Source of the DNA: Rhynchobatus australiae
Taxonomy: Eukaryota
DNA length: 64,000 nt
Direction of reading: 5' to 3'
Assembly (NCBI GenBank): GCA_034780895.1
Contig: JAUZTB010000064.1
Span: forward strand, 118,914,536 to 118,978,535
Of this stretch, positions 1 through 12,500 are shown one piece after another. The translations under genes and the position numbers were made by a program. How positions within the stretch are numbered: position 1 is the stretch's first letter; each line of letters starts with the position of its first letter. The notes under the pieces are model-generated. The model was given only the letters and a program-made list of their open reading frames with translations, searched no databases and was not told the origin of the DNA.

Positions 1-654
1 GAATAAAAAAAGTATTGAGAGTAGATGATGAGATTCTAATTGACTGCAGGGCAGTTGCCAATCATTAGCCTTTTGCAGTTATTGTTCAGTGTCCAGGAGT
101 CATATACCTTAGCTTCATAGCAGCGTGGAACAGCATGAAGGATGTACCAGTTAGTATCTCGAGGCCATAACCTTCTTGCTACCGAATACCTTTTGCAGCT
201 TCTCAAGAACAGGCAGCTTCTGCCTTCAGACTGTAATCTCCTCATATATCAGCTCATCATTTTGTAATTTTCTACTAAATTTCTGCTGCTCTTCACATGA
301 GCTGAAATTCTGATGATAGAAATTGGATGGCCCCGCAAATGATGGAAGTTTCAAAGACCAGCAATTGTTCTGAGTCCCAAGGCATGTCTAAAAGTCACAT
401 GGCTTGATATTGAATCAGGCTATTTTTCAGCCACGAAGTACAGGAGTTTTACCTATTGTATGCAACATTGGGGGAGAAGGGTGGTGATGGATGGTCTCAT
501 GTGTGCTATGAGCCTGTTCTGCTAAATACGCTGTGGAGCAGGAACCATGGCAGCTCAGGAACCTTAAGCAATTGCTCCAATCCAAGCAACAACTTTTATA
601 GTTTTTGTGACATCAGGAGGAGCAGGAATGCACAGTTAATTGCACACTGTTCTT

Positions 655-1000
655 GATCACCCACCATTTGGGTCATGCCCTCTTCTCATTGCTGCCATTA
701 GGCAGGAGGTGAAGGAGCCTGAAGACCCACACCTCGAGGTTCAGCAACAGCTTCTNNNNNNNNNCGTCAGGTTCTTGAACCGACCTGAAAAACCCTAATT
801 CTACCTCGGACTATATTTCCTTCAACTTGCACTAATGTTGTTAAGTTTATTTTTCTTTATTTTGTCGTGTACATTATGTTAATATAAAGTTTATATAATT
901 TATGTTTGTCGTAATGTACTGTGCTGCTACTACAAAAAGCTAATGTTCACATCATTTATACTCTGGGTATGTATTCCCATGAAAATAAACTTGAACTTGA
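655..1000 (+). mobile_element. Rex1/Babar-like LINE 3' fragment
   Basis: Decayed HPGHALFSLLPSGRR..LKTHTSRFSNSF-type ORF end, followed by an AT-rich tail ending aaataaacttgaacttga. Confidence 0.6.
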
Positions 1001-3099
1001 TGCCCATACCTCACCACACCTCCTGGATAGGATGAACATTTTTTTTAAAATGATACAACACGGCAACCAATAACCATTCCTGTTTGTGCTGTGCTATGAG
1101 GAAAGCATTGAGTTAGGATATCATCCATTTCAGGGTAAAGTAATGGCAGCCATATTGTGTATAACATCACATGCTGAGCATGCCTGCTATTCATATGAAT
1201 AAAAGAGCTGAACTGACTTCATTTTCCATCAAAATGTCCGCATGATCAATAAAAGGGAAAGTTCAGGATACGGAAGAATTGAGAAGTTGTTGCTGAGATG
1301 GTTGTACATGGGTGACCTTTGGTCCCAGAGAGCAGCAGGACCCAACTCAGAGAAAGGGTTTTTCCACTGCTGCTGTGAATTGTGGGAATAGCCATCCTTC
1401 ATTACTGAATCATTAACTGATTGAATCTAAATCCAAGCTCTTCTGAGCTGCAGGTACATTTCTGGGTTCTGCTACTTTCAGCTGCTGACCTGGATATTTG
1501 CAAGCTGGACTGGACCAGCCATCTTTGTAGGTCTGTGACTATTGGAAGACTTCAGTACAAATACTGCACCGGAGTCATTCAGCCTGAGACTGTGACTTGA
1601 TATTTATATTTGCAGGCCTGTCCCACACAAAAGGGGTCAGTTAGTCACTCTATTCCTGGACCTAACCTTATCGCTTTTGCAGGCAAGGATGGTCAACAGT
1701 ATAAAATAGGCAGTCTGTCTGTGGAGGATCAACTTGCAGCGGAAACTAACAGTTTACGCAATTGAGGGCTTTGACCCGATTACAGAGAATCGCACCTTTG
1801 GCCTTCCATTTGAGGCAGATACAATTGAAATATCAGCCACTGTTCCCACAGGCGATCATCACTGGAAAGTGCACACACTTCAGATAACAGTAGGGCAGAG
1901 TTTGGCTTTGATGTCTTTATTTCTCCCTCTTCAACACGTGCACGCATCCTGTTAACTTATTCCATGATTTAAGACATGTACTTCTGATGTTTTATGCTAT
2001 TCTAAAAATCAAGTATATTAGATTAGATATTGAGTTGCAGTGCTGTGAACATAAGCACAATGCATGAGCGATAATTAGTTACTTTGGAGCGGAATACAAT
2101 TCTGACCATTTCCAATCAAATCACACCCCTCCAAAAATTGATTTGGGCACTTCTAGTTGCAAAATGTACTTGCGCCAATAAGATGATTTCCCCAACAACA
2201 CACACAAAATGGTTTAGTTCCCATACACTTGTGTGGAATGTTGCCTGGGACATTAAGACACGTTGTGATGAATTGTGAAAGCTGTTGGGGATTCACAGAA
2301 CAACCAAGTTCCAGTGGCACTGTTGCCTCTGCAGCAGTGCGATTTAAACATGGTGCTACTGGGAGTTTGAATCTGACAGATCTCCTTTAATTTAATTACG
2401 TACTGCTTCCCCACTCTCCACCCTCCTCCGACAACTACACTATGCCAGTCCATGCATCCCCACAGCTGATCATCAGCAAGCCACATAATTCTCCCTCACA
2501 CCCAACTGATCGCACTTCAGCTGCCCCACACTGTCCCCTGGCCCTGTCAACCACGCCTTCAACTGGGTTTCCAATGCCCAACAGCTGGCCTCCTTTCTCT
2601 CATCCTTGGCCCATGTTGGACTTTGGACCCCCACCTCATTCCACTGCACAGGTCCCATTGGAATTCCAAGGACCTACTGCCAGCTCTCTCCCTCTACTGC
2701 TATTCCCATGGTGTGACTCCACTCTGGAACTTGTCTGCTCTGCAAAAGTACAGCATGAATACAGAGGATAAAGATCTTTCACTGGCATCTACTGAATTTC
2801 ACTATGGCAGGACCATGACCATGATCAACATGGTCATTGGCGTATGTTCAATAACCATTTATTGTAACTCCCTAGGAAAGTTGAATTTCTGGGAAATTAT
2901 ATCTTAACTATTTTTTCTATTTACCTTTGATAAGCTGCTTCGACACATGACTCCCAACCACTTAGCTGACTCTCTGAGCTCTAACTAACAATGAGTTTCA
3001 CTATACCAAAGAAAAACTCTTGTGACCCATATGTTAACTTAACTCTGGAGTTATTCCCTCTATTCCTACAGGATCAATGCAAAATGTCCCCAATTAATG

Positions 3100-3285
3100 T
3101 AGGCACATAGCTGGAAGAATTTTGGTTATGAGAAAAGATTAATAAGTAAGGAGTTATTTTCTTTGGAACAAGGAAGTCTTGGAGAAGATTTAATTGAGGC
3201 ATAAAGAATTATGGGAGGTCTAGACAAGGTGAACAGGAATGATCTATTTGGCAAAGTAGCTTGTAGCAGATTGGTCATTAGTTTA
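3100..3285 (+). mobile_element. CR1 LINE 3' fragment
   Basis: Decayed ERLxxLGLFSLEQRRLRGDLIEAYKIMGGLDKV-type motif. Confidence 0.65.
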
Positions 3286-3290
3286 ATGTA

Positions 3291-3490
3291 AAAACAAAAA
3301 ATACTGGAAGTACTCTGCACGTCAGGTAGCATCTGAGAAAAGAGATACAGAGTTAAGGTTTCAGGTCACTGACCCTTCATTAAGAACTGGTGAAGAATCA
3401 TTGACCTGACTCATTCATTATCTGTTTCTCCTTCCACAAATGCTGTCAGACTTTCTGACTATTTCCAGCATTTTCTGCTTTTATTTCAAC
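3291..3490. mobile_element. Palindromic Penelope-related element with degenerate hammerhead-like cores
   Basis: Left arm (aatactggaagtactc...gcatctg...agttaaggtttcaggtcactgacccttca) is an imperfect reverse complement of the right arm (tgaagaatcattgacctga...ccacaaatgctg...tttccagcattttctg). Confidence 0.65.
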
Positions 3491-4419
3491 ACCTTTGTTT
3501 TTTTTAAAATTTTCAATAGATTTAAGATAAATGATAGAAGAATTAGAAGGAAGTTGAAGAAATGTTATTTGAATGGAAGGGTGGTAGGGGAACTGGAACT
3601 CACTACTTGAAAGGATAGTGGAAGCAACAACATTTAAAAAGTACCTGGATGAGCATTTGNNNNNNNNNNNNNNNNNNNNNNNNNNNNNNNNNNNNNNNNN
3701 NNNNNNNNNNNNNNNNNNNNNNNNNNNNNNNNNNNNNNNNNNNNNNNNNNNNNNNNNNNCCTGGATGAGCATTTGACCTTACTGAGCACTTGAGGGCTGA
3801 CCTTCAAGGCTGTGAACTGAGAGGTGGAAACCAGCAGTAGCCTAAAGAGCTCTTTGTAAACTACATTGGCTAAATGGCAACCCTTTATTCTGTTAATTTA
3901 TACAATTCTAAGTTACCCTTAAATAGAGAATTAATTTCTCTAGAAAACCAGTGATGTTCTTCAGCTCAGGTTGGACAAACTGTAGCAAATCTGCCCTTAA
4001 GCATCGTCAAGACACTGACCTCACTTTAAACACCACTCCACAACCGCCCAAGGGCCTAACTAGTTTTTTTTCTCTCTTTTGTACCTCTTAACTATAGATC
4101 AGAAGCTCATGATACAAGGAACCCAGCACTGATACTTCCTTTAAGAGAGTGAACCCCAGGGACAGCAGCAATGAAGTTGTGGCACTGAAAATGATCATAT
4201 CTCCCTATCTGTAATGCAAGTTACTCTCCTGGATTCCCATTCACCAGTGCTGTCATACTCAGGGTCATGGTCCCTTTAATATTTTATCCACTCTCCTTCA
4301 GATAATGCACCTCTCCATTGTTAATCATGCCATCACTTCTCAGCAGCCATTCTATATTTAAAACTCTCAAATCCATGCATGCTTAGTTCTGCAGTGCTAC
4401 AAATTCTGCCACACTTTGT

Positions 4420-4675
4420 AGGCTCAAGGGAGATGTGCGGGGCTAGTTATTCACACAGAGAGTGATGGGTGCTTGGAACCCGCTGCCACGGGTGCTGGTG
4501 GAGGCAAATACGACAGAGGCATTTAAGAGACGTGTAGACAGACACGTGAACATGAAGAGATGGAGGGATGTGGATCACAGGTAGGCAAATGGGATTAGTT
4601 TTATTTAGCATCATGGTCGGCACAGACAAAGTGGGCCAAGGTGCCTGTTCCTATCCGCACTGTTCTATGTTCTAT
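4420..4675 (+). mobile_element. CR1 LINE 3' end
   Basis: ttcacacagagagtgatgggtgcttggaac...gtggaggcaaatacg...gcctgttcc...ctgttctatgttcta tail. Confidence 0.75.
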
Positions 4676-4862
4676 CTACCACAATATCGCATAATGCAAT
4701 TGACAAGAAAAATTACAATAGTTGGCATTCTGCCTATACAGTAAGCCAAATATATTATTGGATATAATTTTTTTTCCTCAACTACCCAAATAAAACACTT
4801 ACTTAGGTCAACATTTNNNNNNNNNNNNNNAACTAAACCCTGCAGGCAACATCACAGGAGAC

Positions 4863-4944
4863 CAACTTATGTATTTATGTAATCTTACACATTCTGCAAG
4901 CTGCCACTTGCAATATGTGTAAGATTACATAAATACATAAGTTG
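4863..4944. repeat. 82-nt inverted repeat (hairpin)
   Basis: 4863-4892 is the exact reverse complement of 4915-4944 (30 bp), with an inner tgcaag/cttgca pair and a 6-nt loop. Confidence 0.95.
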
Positions 4945-5499
4945 TACTTTCTGTCCATAACATTATTTCTCTGTCCCATTTTATATAGAAATATGTCATA
5001 ATGTAAGATTTGTTCTTAATTTTTGTAATGGGGATATCATAACTAAATATGTTAACAGCTTGCTATGAGGTTTTTTAAATCAATTGAAATATTTGAATTG
5101 CTTCTTGAAGTTCCAATACATAAACTAAGTTTTAGGAGAAATGAAAACATCGGAGAGGACTTTTAAGTAAATCTGGGCGTTCTGGACTTGTACAATTTGT
5201 AGAATTTCATTTTGTTTAAAAATCCACTCTGACCAGGTGCTGCTTGCAGAATCTTTCACCGTATAACTTAATGGGCAGTCTGCATTGAGTCTTCATCAGC
5301 GAGGACATGGGGGTTACACTGCCTTCAATTCAGTCTTGGGAAATGAGACTTAAACTAAGAATTGAGTCTGCATGTTTTCTGTTAGCACCTTAAATTCACT
5401 TATTTAAAAATTGTTGTGCATTATCGCGAACTACTTGCTGACAGAAAATAATTGTGATTCGTAGCCCATGTGATTTCTCTGTTTTTATTAGATTGTCAC

Positions 5500-5940
5500 A
5501 GCATTCCCATCAATCCCACTCTCCCACTTACTTCCCCATAACTTATTGTCTTTTACATGTCCATCAACTCCACCCTGATTCTTCTGCCACTCACCTACAC
5601 TGAGGGTAATTTATATCGGCCAGTTAATTTATTAGTAAATTCTGATGAAGCCTTTCAACCTGAAACATCAACAGACACCTTTTGCCTCCACAGATGCTGC
5701 TTGACCCATTGAGTTCTTCCAGCTTTCTGTTTTTTTAGTTCCAGATTCCAGCACCTGCAGTCTTTTTGCCTTCATAATTTATTAGCACGTCTTTGGAGTG
5801 TGGGAGGAAGCAAGAGCACTCGGTGGGGGGGGGGAGGGGGAATAACACAGTCACAGGGAAAATGTGCAAACTCAACATTAGCGTCCGAGATCAGGATCGA
5901 ACTTGGAATGCTGGAGTTCTGTGGCAGCTGCGCCACCAGG
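5500..5940 (-). mobile_element. HE1/V-SINE-like element interrupted by a nested insertion at 5636-5774
   Basis: Reverse complement shows a tRNA-like head (ggtggcgcagctgccacag) and V-domain (gagtttgcacatttt...ttcctcccacactccaaagacgtg). Direct repeats taatttattag flank the insert. Confidence 0.7.
5636..5774 (+). mobile_element. Penelope-related element with hammerhead-like core, single arm
   Basis: ttCTGATGAagcctttcaacctGAAAcatc...ccacagatgctgcttgaccc...ccagcacctgcagtc, flanked by an 11-bp duplication. Confidence 0.7.
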
Positions 5941-7258
5941 GCTGGATTTGTTTTGTTCAAAAACTTAGAAACTGGATATGCAATGCCCATTTGATCATTT
6001 ACATTCTTATTGAGTATGAAAATTTGTTTTTATTAAAGACAGTGTAGGGCCTAGAGATTCATATTTGCTTGTTGACCTGCGTTAAAATGGCAGTGTGAAG
6101 GGAGGTGGGTAGAGCACTGGTATGATCCAACACCACTGGAAATCCTTTTGCAGCAGAAAGTACCTGGCCAGATTTTGTGCATGAAGGCCTGCAGTTGGTG
6201 ATCTATTGTGTGCTTTTGCATATTAAGTGTGCATTATCTTCAGAGTTGCATGTGAACTATGAACAAGCCCTTGCTAAGTGACATTGTGCCTTATGTTCCT
6301 AAGGTAATGGAACTCATCTGCAACCTCTGTTAGAGGTAATAGAGCGACTTACAGTGAACTGGAGTAAAGAGTGCCAGACAGATGCAGGAATGGGCTTCCT
6401 ATCCCTGGTATGAAAATTGAGGAACAAAAGGTGGATACCCATNNNNNNNNNNNNNNNNNNNNNNNNNNNNNNNNNNNNNNNNNNNNNNNNNNNNNNNNNN
6501 NNNNNNNNNNNNNNNNNNNNNNNNNNNNNNNNNNNNNNNNNNNNNNNNNNNNNNNNNNNNNNNNNNNNNNNNNNNNNNNNNNNNNNNNNNNNNNNNNNNN
6601 NNNNNNNNNNNNNNNNNNNNNNNNNNNNNNNNNNNNNNNNNNNNNNNNNNNNNNNNNNNNNNNNNNNNNNNNNNNNNNNNNNNNNNNNNNNNNNNNNNNN
6701 NNNNNNNNNNNNNNNNNNNNNNNNNNNNNNNNNNNNNNNNNNNNNNNNNNNNNNNNNNNNNNNNNNNNNNNNNNNNNNNNNNNNNNNNNNNNNNNNNNNN
6801 NNNNNNNNNNNNNNNNNNNNNNNNNNNNNNNNNNNNNNNNNNNNNNNNNNNNNNNNNNNNNNNNNNNNNNNNNNNNNNNNNNNNNNNNNNNNNNNNNNNN
6901 NNNNNNNNNNNNNNNNNNNNNNNNNNNNNNNNNNNNNNNNNNNNNNNNNNNNNNNNNNNNNNNNNNNNNNNNNNNNNNNNNNNNNNNNNNNNNNNNNNNN
7001 NNNNNNNNNNNNNNNNNNNNNNNNNNNNNNNNNNNNNNNNNNNNNNNNNNNNNNNNNNNNNNNNNNNNNNNNNNNNNNNNNNNNNNNNNNNNNNNNNNNN
7101 NNNNNNNNNNNNNNNNNNNNNNNNNNNNNNNNNNNNNNNNNNNNNNNNNNNNNNNNNNNNNNNNNNNNNNNNNNNNNNNNNNNNNNNNNNNNNNNNNNNN
7201 NNNNNNNNNNNNNNNNNNNNNNNNNNNNNNNNNNNNNNNNNNNNNNNNNNNNNNNNNN

Positions 7259-7308
7259 TCTCTCTCTCTCTCTCTCTCTCTGTGTCTGTCTGTCTCTCTA
7301 TCTCTCTC
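7259..7308. repeat. (CT)n microsatellite next to a gap
   Basis: tctctctc... run with a few interruptions. Confidence 0.9.
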
Positions 7309-8705
7309 TGAAGTGGCCTAGCAAGTTCAGCTTATAAAAAAACAATTGCAACAGAACCCCCAGCATCAGCTTCTCGGGGCAATTAAGGAATAAGCAATAA
7401 GAGCAGCCTTGCTAATGATGTGCACATCCCCAGAACAAAATAACCTGAGCATGCACAGAGTCAAATCGCCTGCCACTTATTATTGCCTGGACTCTCAAAG
7501 CATTGACACCTGGGCACAGTACTGTAGGGTTTTTTGTCTCTGTGGACCTGAGCTGCAATATGATTATGAACCACCACCCTCAGGAGAAGAATAATAGGAG
7601 AAAATTAGGAGTGCTGAAATAAATGTAAAAATAAATCATTTTTTAAAGAATACTTCTTTTCCTCCAACTGATCTGTAGTCCTTAGAATGTTAAAAAAAAT
7701 AGTATTACCAGCTGCTACGTGATGTATGTAAATATTAATATTTGAGATCCTGCCTTTGTAAATTCATGCGTACAATTGTCAAAAGTGGAGATTGTAATTA
7801 TCCTTTGAAACAAGTGCATGCTTTCTTCTGATAAAGAACTGTTCTTTGTACTGTGTATGGTTTTTTTTAATGCTGTGACTCTTAGAATGTCAGCCTTTCA
7901 GTTTACTGAGTAATGTCTTAATGTGTAAGTGTAATAAACAAGCCAGTAAGACTGTGGTATATTGGAGCCTTGCCTGCTGATCGGTGGTATTGTACTAGTG
8001 GCAGGGGAGACATAACATTTTACTGTAACAATGCCAGACAAAATTAATCTTCAGTTGAGAATGCAGCAGCGTAGTGCCTTACGTGAAGTACAGTAAAGCC
8101 ACTGGTTGTTTAAAAGGCTGAAATAAAACTACAGCGGCTAATCCCCTGGGTTTCGTAGTCTACAGAAAGTCACTTGGTACACTGATGAAATATAGGCTCT
8201 CGTGAGCCATTTTATATAGTTTGATCTGGCTGGACTTTGCATTACAGTGGGTACTGGTTGTTTCACTTTGCTAATGAGCTATATTTCTTATATTCTGGTC
8301 TCCCACTTCCCAAACACAATTTTCTCACTTGATTTCTCCACTTTAGTCAGACTGGATGGGTAGATATTAGAAGAATATGAATACTTATCTCTTTATAATG
8401 AGCTGAATAGCCTTGTTTCCAGAGGCCTTGGGAACAAGCTACCCCACTCTCCTTATCATTTTAGAATTGTACATTGAGCAAAACACCAACTGCTGGGATG
8501 AGNNNNNNNNNNNNNNNNNNNNNNNNNNNNNNNNNNNNNNNNNNNNNNNNNNNNNNNNNNNNNNNNNNNNNNNNNNNNNNNNNNNNNNNNNNNNNNNNNN
8601 NNNNNNNNNNNNNNNNNNNNNNNNNNNNNNNNNNNNNNNNNNNNNNNNNNNNNNNNNNNNNNNNNNNNNNNNNNNNNNNNNNNNNNNNNNNNNNNNNNNN
8701 NNNNN

Positions 8706-8883
8706 CATGACTGGTAACCCTGGAGGCCCAGGTTACCTTGGAAACCAGCAGCAGGCAGTCATGATGAAACAGTTGTTGATGGAGCAAGAGAGACAGAGAA
8801 TGCATCAGATTCACATGATGGAGCAGCAAAAGCAGCAGCTATTCAGGGAGCAGAGGCAGCAGCAGCAGTTTCTGGCAGAGCAG
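8706..8883 (+). CDS. MAML3: Mastermind-like 3, internal coding exon (exon 3 equivalent); 5' part hidden in the N gap
   Basis: Translates MTGNPGGPGYLGNQQQAVMMKQLLMEQ...EQQKQQLFREQRQQQQFLAEQ, resembling recalled human MAML3 PGFLGSQPQAAIMKQMLIDQ...EQQKQQFLREQRQQ..ILAEQ. Donor CAG|gtaaat at 8883/8884 is phase 0. Confidence 0.88.
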
Positions 8884-9129
8884 GTAAATGATTATTATAG
8901 ATAGTTTCTGCAGGAAGGGCTGGAGCCCAGGATCCGTCTCGTACCTCAGAAGGGTACTGTCTTCAAGAATTCACAAATTAAATCCAAAGCTAGTCTAAAT
9001 GGAGGATACCCTTGTGAATTTGCCAAGTTCGTTATTTTCTCATTATGATCAGTGTCACACCGTGCTCTAAATCTGCGCACATATTTACTATATAATTTTT
9101 TTTATTTCTCACTCCTCCTTTGTGTCTCT

Positions 9130-9550
9130 ATTAGAAAAATAGGAACAGGAGTAGGCCATTCAGCCCTTTGAGCCTGCTCTGCCACTCATTACTATCGCAG
9201 TTGATCCCTTATCTCAATACCATATTCATGCCCTTCCCATGTCTGGAAATGTTACTATCTCCTTCTTAAATATGTTCAGTGACTTGGACTCTGTAGCCTC
9301 TGTATGGCGAATTGCAACTCTGGGTGAAGAAATTTATCCTCATCTAATTCTAAATGTCTAACCCCATATCCTGAGAGTGTGACCCACCTTGTTACAAACC
9401 CACCAGCCAAGAGAAACATCCTCCTCACATCCAGTCAGTATAGCCATGTAAGAATTTTGTTAGTTTCAATTAGATTCCCTTTGATTCTTGTAAGGTCTGG
9501 TGAATACAAACTCAGTCAACGTAATTTCTCCTCAGACATCAGCCCCACTA
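9130..9550 (-). mobile_element. CR1 LINE 3' fragment
   Basis: aataggaacaggagtaggccattcagccctttgagcctgc... is the reverse complement of a CR1 tail. Confidence 0.65.
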
Positions 9551-12500
9551 TTCCACCTCTCCCAGCTCAGATACAGTATTAAAGTGATATGTTTGCCCTC
9601 CTCCAGCTTTGTGTCGCTCCTTTCTAGTCTGTTTGACTTTTAATTTGCTTGGCTTTGTGATTGTCAGCTGCAATGGAATCCCTTGCCCTCTCCCGCCCTC
9701 CTGTCCACCCATTTGTCCTGGGCTGTGACCCTGTGCTGTCGGCCTAAACCTAATCACATTGTGGTTTTATTGTTTCCACAATCATCACCTTGGTACTTCA
9801 CGTGGCAACTTCAAAGTTCTGATGCCTTACCAACACATAGGCACTGTAAATTTTGTAGAGTGTAACCCACTGTCCTGTTGCACAGTGACTGGGACACTAC
9901 CAGAACCATGGAGAAATAGCACAAGTGACCTTTCTCAGCCTCTTAAGCAGTCTTGTAATCCTCTCATTTTCCCTTTTCTTGCCAATAGATTTCAAACTTC
10001 CTTTTTTCATCCCTGAAATCTGACCTTTCCTGCCATCCACTTTTTGAAGCCAGGACTTGTGCTGAGTTACAGTTCTGTAGACACTGGTGGTCTCCTTATG
10101 TTGCTTGGGCAGCTCTTCACCTGGGGACCAAGGCAGTGAATGTCACCCAACCAGTCCAGTCTGGGAGGACAATAGTAACCCCCAGATACCCTCACATCCC
10201 CACACACATTAATTTACCAGCAGAGGTCACTGGATAAGATCATGCATCTATACTGATGGATATTGAAACCCAACTCAAGCCAAAGATGCTGAGGTTGACA
10301 GTGGCCCCACTTTGTTGGCACCTGACAAATGGCACAGGCCAAGGTTTGAACCAAATCCAAATCATATCGTAGGTGGGCATCTCTCAGGCTTTTACCTGTG
10401 CCACTTCCATGCCAGCTGGATGTTGGGCCAAAACTGCCTGATTTGTTTTCCACATACTGTGAACCCAACTCATGCAAAGTGCGTGGTACCATTGGAGTGG
10501 TATTAGGAGCCTGAGTGCTGTGTACTTTGCAGAAGCACTGAATGTGAGCAGGATGGAGAGCTCCATCTGTGCTCTCAACCTTGAAATCAATTGATTTCTT
10601 CCCAGTTCTCCAGTATAATATAGTACTGGGATTTGGCTGGCTGTTGTTGCTCAGCTATTTTTTTCCCTGTCACGCAAATCTCCTTTTAAAAATTGGCTCT
10701 TTCCAGAATCTTTTTCAGTACATTAAGACACAAAAGGACGCAAGATTCTGTGTCCCAGACCCAAATGCTGAACCATCGTCATTTGCACTTTTCTAGAAAC
10801 CACCCACTTACTTGATGTGCCCCCGCCCCCATCCTTCCACCACCAGAATGAAACAGAGACTATGCTGATTTTGCCCCTCCACATTTTAAATGACTTCTGA
10901 ATTTTCTGTGGTAGTCAGTAATGTGGACATGGACGCATCCAAGACCAATCCTAGGTTAATGCAACTGTTGTTGATCTCCTTGGGTTATTGAGCCAGAGTT
11001 GCAAAGTGGTAACTCTCCAGCGGGTCACTGTTGTCTGTGCGTGATTCAGGGATTCTGCCAACTTCAAGTAATTTGGAAGCACTCAAGATGCAACTTTTGT
11101 GAGAGGTGGATGGCCTCAAAGATGAGGGTTCAGTGGATAGATGGCCTCTAGCATCCAACCTATCCAGGAAATCCATGAGCTTGCTTTTGCTGTTGGTTAG
11201 AAACCAGACTCTTACCTCCAGAGTCATTATATCAGAAGTTCCCACCCAAGAGAGTAATTGGGTGAAAAGTTATAAACTTAGAGGTTATAAACATTCAACA
11301 TTTGATTTGAAATCTATTTTGATCTAACACAAATACTAACCTTGGGCACATGTTCAACCAGGACCATCATTTATATAGAAATATTTGAAACTATGGTCTG
11401 TTCTAATACTGCACCCTANNNNNNNNNNNNNNNNNNNNNNNNNNNNNNNNNNNNNNNNNNNNNNNNNNNNNNNNNNNNNNNNNNNNNNNNNNNNNNNNNN
11501 NNNNNNNNNNNNNNNNNNNNNNNNNNNNNNNNNNNNNNNNNNNNNNNNNNNNNNNNNCTTTCGATGAGACCAAACCTGTTCGTGCTGCCTCCCTGTTGAG
11601 AGCTTAGGTCCACTAATGGTCTTCTGGGTGGAGCCAATTTCCCAAGATTAAAAGTCATTTGTGCTGCAAGGAGTATGTAACAAAATATTTGATGCTTTCC
11701 TGTTGAGGAAACTACCTTTATACATGATTAAAAGGAAATGTGCCATTTAAAGAGAGAAGATCCTGCCGAAGTTATGGGTGTGGCTCGTTTAGGCTACAAA
11801 TGTGGGGATTTGACGGTGCAGAAAGTCCTGTCAATGCAAGGGATTGAGCTAACTACAGACTATAAATTCTGGGCAGTACTAATTTATTCCTGCAAATAAA
11901 AGTTTTTCTTTCCCTCCTCAAACTGAATTGGCACTGTTGTTTAAATTGGGTAGAAAGCAAGAGGACTGTCCTGACCAAGTAGGGAGAGGCAATCATTCGA
12001 CTTCCAGTGCCCAGGCTAATGGTGACGCTCCTGTCATTTACTGCAGCTCTGTCCAGAATCTTTACATTGCCCCACATTACACCAATGACCTGAAAAACAA
12101 TGCAGCTTGATTTTACATGGATGTTAAGTCAGTAAGGTGAACAGCCTATGGTCACCACAGTGATAACAATCATATGGATTGATTGGAGGGCTTTTGCCAC
12201 AGGAAAGCATCCCAAGATGTGCATCCTGGAACCATACTCAAGAAACTTGCTGAAATAAGGAAGAAATGTTCTGAGAAGTGGCATAAACTGTCATTAAACA
12301 GATGGGTGTTCAGGAGGAGGTTAACGATGGGGAGGTGTTCTAGAACAGGGATAGGACAGCTGAAGGTTTAGCTGTTACTGGTGGAGCAAAGAAAGACAGC
12401 ATGGACAGAAGGCCTTAGTGCCCAGGCATTGTGTGGTTAGGCTAGATTGCAGTGATAGGGACACAGAACAATGAAGGGATGCAAAAAAGAGGAAGAAAAT

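Noticed and set aside
3644-3776. cctggatgagcatttg repeated on both sides of a gap, TSD-like
   Set aside because: It flanks a 100-N placeholder and is most likely a scaffolding overlap.
6371-7337. Long ORFs consisting mostly of X (also near 34616, 35939, 39223, 43102, 48470 and 51263)
   Set aside because: Artefacts of N runs that contain no stop codons.
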